This document shows positions 57,601 through 64,000 of a stretch of DNA of 64,000 nt, one piece after another. Source of the stretch: Phyllobates terribilis (Eukaryota); assembly GCF_046119375.1 (NCBI RefSeq), contig NW_027362769.1:374790001-374854000 (forward strand), read 5' to 3'. The number at the start of each line of letters is the position of its first letter. Position 1 is the first letter of the stretch. Under the pieces are notes generated by a model. It ran no database searches. It was not told the DNA's origin and worked only from the letters and a program-made list of their open reading frames with translations. The translations under genes were made by a program, and so were the position numbers.

Positions 57601-57702
57601 CGATTTGGGCGCCAAATTTAAACGCCGCTCTGCTAATTTCGCCCCTTCGGCCGCATACCTATTCTAGAATACCCAATGCGTTCAAATCGGGCCACCATCT
57701 AG
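54607..57702 (+). mobile_element. Non-autonomous Helitron, family 1 copy 3 (3096 bp) upstream of TBL3
   Basis: A|TCTACTATATAATTGTC ... CCCAATGCGTTCAAATCGGGCCACCATCTAG|T; internal CCAAT-palindrome array with rearranged and inverted blocks. Confidence 0.85.
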
Positions 57703-58544
57703 TCTATAATAATACACTAATGCATTGTCCTTAGATCACGGTCACCATCTTGACTGTTGTGCTAAGTATTTAATCATTTTCATTCTCATCAAGTCTTACT
57801 AGTGTTACCTAACCTTCAGCTGTTGGAAAACTACAACTCCTAGTATGTCATGGCAGACTGTAGTTGTTAGGGCATGCTGAGAGTTGTACAGTTTGCAATA
57901 ACTAATAGGACACTACTAAGCAGCTTGTAACACGTTGCATCTCTTTGTCCCACTAGTTTGCATTTTTTTTGTGGCTTCTGACTCCTCAACCTAAAACTGT
58001 CCAGGGTTCTTAAGGGATTTTAAAAAGTAACAATGTATTGCAATAATATAGCCTTATTTTATCTGGTTTTGTTACACTCTGAGACCCTCATAGATCCTGA
58101 AAAGTAAAGGGTTATTCCCATCTTCATAAATAGCCCATTGTCAGAAAGTCCTTGTAAATACAAGTCATTTTGCAATTTACAATTTTTTTAAATGTTCTAC
58201 CATTCTGTTGCTTAGGAGACCGACCACTGCTGCAGCTGTCTAGCTTATAAACAGTGCTCTAATGTTGGCCAGCATTAGGAGGCAACAATGCTCTCCAGAG
58301 ATCCTATCCAGCTTCAAAATAGTGATTGCAATCTCAACAGAAAAGAGTTTGTAAGCACTACGCGTGTTCTACTGTCTAGCAACGGTGGTCAGTCTCCTAA
58401 ACAAAGAGCTATAAAGAAAAGTAAAGTGTTAATATCTCAAGAACGGTACACCATTTTAAACACTTTTCTTTTGTTTATAGCTCATTGCCGTGGAGACCGA
58501 CCACCGCTGTTAGACAGTAGAACACGCGCAGCGCTAACAAAATC

Positions 58545-58793
58545 TTTTCTGTTGAGATTGCAATCACTGTTTCGCAATCAAAACATCGTACCTACCCAAA
58601 AATAGTATCAATGAAAAAGTCAGCTCAGGGCGCAAAAAATGAGCCCTCACACAGTCCCATATCCTGAACATTGAAAATGACACGGGTCTTGGAAAGCGGC
58701 GACAAGCAAAAATTAAAAGAAAAAAGGATTTTTTTTTTATTTTTTTTTACATATTTCAGAATATTTTTCCACCACTTAAATAAAAATACAACT

Positions 58794-58836
<43 letters not shown>

Positions 58837-59115
58837 CATACCCTCCATGCACAATATATAGTATATGCTATATCATATTTCCAGGTCAGTAACAATTTTG
58901 GAATTGCATTTTTCTTTGCAGTTTCAAAGCACTTGGAATTTTTTTCCCCACTTTCCAGTGCATCATATGATAAAATAAAAAGTACAACTTGTTCCACAAA
59001 AAAAAAAGAAGCCCTCATACAGCTATATGGCCAGAAAAATAAGAGTTATGACTTTTGGAAGAAAGGCAGGAAAAAAAGAAAAAAAAAAAAGGAAATTGGC
59101 TGCGGCGTGAAGGGG
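58545..59115. mobile_element. piggyBac-like element, 3' partial copy
   Basis: Ends GTGAAGGGG|TTAA; homologous to ~50500-51039; contains a (TA)n tract at ~58796-58831. Confidence 0.6.
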
Positions 59116-59149
59116 TTAACGGCTGTAGAGGGGGAACTGTTTAATAGTT

Positions 59150-62024
59150 ACCCCCTCTGACACGGCCTCTCCTGCTGCACTTTCGTACGGCGGATTCCAC
59201 CTCTCCCATACCCCCCGCCCCACCGGCAAGCACGGTGGAGGAATAGGTTTCCACCTCTCAGATAACTGCTCCTTCACCCATATCCCACTGCCGCCCTCAA
59301 TTACTCTCCCCTCTTTTGAAGTGCACTGCGTGCGCATCTACTCCCCCTCCAACCTCCAACTGGCTATCATTTACCGCCCCCCAGGATCAACCACCACTTT
59401 CTTTGACCACTTCACCACTTGGCTACTTAATTTCCTCTCCGTTGACATCCCCACTATCCTCATGGGTGACTTTAACATCCCCATTGACACTTCCCTCTCA
59501 GCTGCCTCTAAGCTTCTATCCCTCACTTCCTCCTTCGGTCTTACCCAGTGGTCTTCCACACCCACCCACAAAGACAGCCACACGCTGGACCTCATCTTCA
59601 CCCGCCTCTGTTCCCTATCTAACCTCTCTAACTCACCTCTCCCTCTCTCTGACCACAACCTACTTACATTCTCTACCCTCTCCTCTCCAGGTCAACAATC
59701 CCCACTCCACAAACTTGCACACCCTCGCAGAAATCTCAGACACCTTGACCTACACTCACTCTCTGAATCCCTTCTCCCTCTTACAGACATTAGTTCCTTA
59801 CATGATGCAGATGTTGCTGCCACTTTATGCAACACCACAACAGCTGCAGCTCTCGATTCGGTCGCCCCCCTCACACATACCAAAGCTCGCACAAACAGAC
59901 AACCCTGGCACACCAGCCTAACTAAAGAACTGCGACGGGCCTCCAGGGTTGCCGAGCGTAGATGGAAAAAGTCCCACTCCAATGAGCACTTCATTGCATT
60001 CAAACAATCCTTCACTACCTTCAAGTCCACACTCACTGCAGAAAAACAAACATACTTCGCATCTCTCATATCCTCCCTGTCTCACAACCCCAAACAACTA
60101 TTCAACACCTTCAATTCTCTCCTCCAGCCCGCAGTGCCTCCTCCCTCTCCTCTTATTTCAGCCGAAGCCTTTGCTTCATTCTTCAAGCAGAAGATTGACA
60201 CCATCAGACAAAGCTTTTGCCTAAAGCCCCCACAGCCCCACCCCACACCTACTCAACCCTCTTCCTCCAAAACCACTTTCTCCACCATTTCTGAAGATCA
60301 ACTTTCCTCTTTACTCTCCAAATCACACCTCACGACCTGTAAATTTGACCCAATCCCGTCCCACCTCATCCCAAACCTTACCACTATCTTCATCCCAGCC
60401 CTAGCCCACTTCTTCAACCTGTCACTAACAACTGGTGTCTTCCCCTCATGCTTCAAACATGCCTCAATCACACCCATCCTCAAAAAGCCCTCCCTTGACC
60501 CATCCTCTCTGACTAGCTATCGCCCCATATTACTTCTCCCCTATGCCTCAAAACTACTGGAACAACACGTCCATTCTGAACTGTCCTCCCACCTCTCCTC
60601 CTGCTCCCTCTTCGACCGCCTACAATCTGGTTTCCGACCGCACCGTTCTACTGAAACTGCCCTGACTAAAGTCACCAACGACCTACTAACCGCCAAATCC
60701 AAGCGACACTACTCTGTCCTCCTCCTCCTAGACCTGTCATCTGCCTTCGACACAGTGGACCATTCCCTCTCGGCATCACAGACTTGGCCCTATCCTGGAT
60801 CTCCTCATACCTAACAGACAGGACATTCAGTGTCTCCCACTCACGCACCACCTCCTCATCTCGCCCATCTGTCGGTGTCCCCCAAGGTTCAGTCCCAGGG
60901 CCTCTGCTCTTCTCCATCTACACCTTAGGCCTGGGGCAGCTCATAGAGTCCCATGGCTTTCATTATCACCTCTATGCTGATGACACACAGATCTACCTCT
61001 CTGGACCCGATATCTCCTCCCTACTAACCAAAATCCCACGTCTGTCCGCCATTTCATCCTTCTTCTCTGATAGATTTCTAAAACTTAACATGGACAAAAC
61101 AGAATTCATCATCTTTCCGCCATCCCATTCACCCCCCCCAACTGACCTATCTATCAATGTCGATGGCTGTCCACTCTCCCCAGTCACCCAAGCTCACTGC
61201 CTTGGGATAACCCTGGACTCTGAACTCTCCTTCAAACCACATATCCAAGTCCTTTGCACGTCCTGCCGACTCCAACTCAAAAATATCTCCCGGATCCGCA
61301 CATTCCTCAACCATGAATCTGCAAAAACACTAGTGCATGTCCTCATCATCTCCCGCCTCGACTACTGCAACCTCCTGCTCTGTGGCCTCCCTTCTACCAC
61401 TCTTGCACCCCTCCAATCTATCCTAAACTCTGCTGCCCGACTAATCCACCTGTCCCCCCGCTATTTCCCAGCCTCTCCTCTCTGTCAATCTCTTCACTGG
61501 CTCCCCATTGCTCAGAGACTCCAGTTCAAAACCCTAACCATGGCATACAAAGCCATTCACAACCTGTCTCCTCCATATATCTCTGACCTAGTCTCCCGTT
61601 ACATACCCGCACGCAACCTCCGATCCTCACAAGATCTCCTTCTCTACTCCCCTCTTATCTCCTCCTCCCACAATAGCATACAAGATTTCTCCCGTGCTTC
61701 CCCCGTACTCTGGAACTCTCTACCCCAACACATCAGACTCTCGTCGACCGTGGAAACCTTCAAAAGGAGCCTGAAGACCCACCTCTTCCGACAAGCCTAC
61801 AACCTGCAGTAACCACCGCTGCATGACCAGCTCTACCCTCACCTAATGTATCCTCACCCATCCCTTGTAGATTGTGAGCCCTCGCGGGCAGGGTCCTCGC
61901 TCCTCCTGTACCAGTCGCTGTCACATTGTGTTCAAGATTATTGTACTTGTTTTTGCTATGTATACCCCTTTTCACATGTAAAGCGCCATGGAATAAATGG
62001 CGCTATAACAATAAATAATAATAA
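59150..62024 (+). mobile_element. L2-clade LINE, 5'-truncated ORF2 (APE plus RT) with one frameshift
   Basis: Open frame from ~59150 (GGGIG, IYRPP, MGDFN, LDLIF, SDHNLL), RT motifs [23 protein letters not shown]; frameshifting deletion at ~60770; 3' UTR TAGATTGTGAGCCC..GCAGGG and (AAT)n tail; candidate TSD TAATAGTT (59142-59149 / 62025-62032). Confidence 0.9.
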
Positions 62025-62924
62025 TAATAGTTGCATACATCCTGGGGGGCCTTTGTGAGCCCGAAAAGTTCCCTTTGCCACATAAGAACACACCACTATT
62101 GAAATGGTAGCTGGGGGCCTATAGTTGACAATGGTCCCAAATTTGCCTGGACTGTCCTGAAATTTCTAGAAATGGTCCCAATAAATTTAGGTATTTCCTG
62201 GTCCGAAGTTTAATACTTGACCAATAGTCATTCCCACCTTCTTTTGAGCTATCTCTATTCTACCAACCGAGCACTTGGCAAATATGGCGGCTTTGGTATG
62301 AGAAGGGAAGCCCTATACCTTACAGTTTAAAAAAAATGATATGTATATAAAAAAAGAATGCACAGTGAGAATATAAAACTGTATTTATTAAGAAAACAAT
62401 TCATTAATATAAATGTTCCAAATTCCAACATTTATGACAATTTTCCTCTCGTTATAAAAAGGATTTGTATGATTTAAATAAAGTTTATTGAAGGTCTGCC
62501 ATTTTCAAATTCTGAATCTCTCTGCTGCCCATAGCAACCAATCACAGCACAGCTTTCATTTTGTATTCTGCTTTTGAAAAATGAAAGCTGTACTGTGATT
62601 GGTAACCTTCGCAAGAGGACGGCAACCATTCTGACCAGGTCCATGCCGCTGCAGGGATTTCTTACAAGCTTTTATTTTTGAATTGTGGCAAAATGAATAC
62701 ATAAAAGTGTAATAGATAAATAAAAACATTGGATAAGTAAGATAAGATACATAAAAACGTGGGAATTCCAAAGCAAAAGTCCATTTTCAGATATACTATA
62801 ATTATATATATGTAATAGATATATATATCTATCCATCCCTCACCTGCGTCCGGTAAAGAAGTGTTCCCATCTCCAAGATGCTATCCCAATCTGTAGTAGA
62901 TGTAATAATAATATTACCAAATAC

Positions 62925-63140
62925 ATCCAATTAGAAATTAAGTACAGTTCTTCTGATTAGCTATATTGCTTACCCCATGGGCAGAGCATTGTAGTAACTT
63001 AGGTGTCCATGGTTGTGACCACTAACAGCTAATTGTCACTATATGGGTGGTAGTAACCATGGATACCTAAACTACTACAATGCCCTGCACATGGGGTAAG
63101 CGACGTAGCTAATCAGACGAACTATACTACATTTCTAATT
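62925..63140. mobile_element. Foldback MITE
   Basis: Inverted arms TTAGAAAT..AGTTC.TCTGATTAGCTA versus TAGCTAATCAGA.GAACT..ATTTCTAA, plus inner inverted arms around 62970-63100. Confidence 0.55.
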
Positions 63141-64000
63141 GGAGGTATTTGCTAATATTATTACACCTACTACATAGTAGGAAGGATCTTGGAGATAGAA
63201 ATACCTTTTTAAGCCAGCATGGCGGCCACTATGGTAGCAAAAATGTGCATTGTTTCATGGCGATTTTCCAAAATCATGGAAAATGGTTTAGTTGTGATGC
63301 AATCGCGGCAAGAAACGCAATGCACGAGCAGTGTTTGATTCCTTATCTAGGGCCATGGAGGGGTTTCCTATTGCCAAGGCTATGCTCAAGCAGTTTTTTT
63401 TGCAGGCGTAAAAAAATACAACAATTTTTCAAAGAGGAATCTGTTTTTGTTTTTTTACCTAATGTGGTACTGAAATTGAATTTTTTCCCCCACACATTCT
63501 TTCACAGCATCAAGTTTGTAGCAGATTACACGTGGAATCCTCCTCAAAGAAGTGACATGTAACTTTTTTTTTTATTTTTCCCCATGAATTGTTTTGCAAA
63601 ATCTCATTGGGGAAAAAAAAAAAAGAAAAACGAATAAAAAAATAATTCTTTCGAACAGCAGCGCGAATTTTCCAATGAAATAAATAGGAAGAGTAATAAA
63701 AGTGGATTTTATGCAGTTTAGGAGGAGAATTCTGGATTGGATCTACAGTAAAATCGTCCTTTTAAAAAAAACTGTATGTACAAAACTGGATCTTCTCCAA
63801 AATCCTCTTCAAATACTCGAACTATTTCTTCAATGGAAAATAAACTTTGCTGTTCATAAGCAGTTTTTTTTTACTAATGAGGTCTTGAAAAACTTCTTTG
63901 AGGTGGATCCTCTTGGAATTTTCCAAGTCAAAAGGCTGCAAAAACATAGGGTAGGTTCTTTTGAAGACAGGAAAAAAAATGAGTTTTTCCAAGAGAAACC

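Noticed and set aside
57703-64000. Expected syntenic neighbours upstream of TBL3 (RNF151, RPS2, snoRNAs in human)
   Set aside because: No recognisable exons or snoRNAs were found; the region is filled with TEs, and these genes may lie outside the window.

Overview
Eukaryotic vertebrate genomic DNA, most likely an anuran (frog), judged from its repeat families; the species cannot be determined here. Three intact spliced genes can be built by hand with canonical GT-AG introns. Two are tandem, strongly diverged NOXO1 (NADPH oxidase organizer 1; PX-SH3-SH3-PRR) paralogs on the + strand: copy A 6250-20383 (8 exons, 472 aa) and copy B 31211-40174 (8 exons, 482 aa). The third is TBL3/UTP13 (22 exons, 824 aa) on the - strand at 54268-41512, tail-to-tail with copy B, as TBL3 and NOXO1 are in human. 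The rest is dense in transposon remnants: a solo LTR, CR1, L2 and RTE LINEs, Tc1, piggyBac-, Kolobok/T2- and Harbinger-type MITEs, and four non-autonomous Helitrons. There are also at least eight minisatellite arrays. Most notable are (1) the NOXO1 pair, whose copy B tail carries a p47phox-autoinhibitory-region-like motif (RKISQDAR) that copy A lacks, and (2) a Helitron family that amplifies a palindromic double-CCAAT 67-bp unit, with one copy about 340 bp upstream of the TBL3 start codon. All gene models and family calls come from manual reading and recalled family motifs, not database searches.
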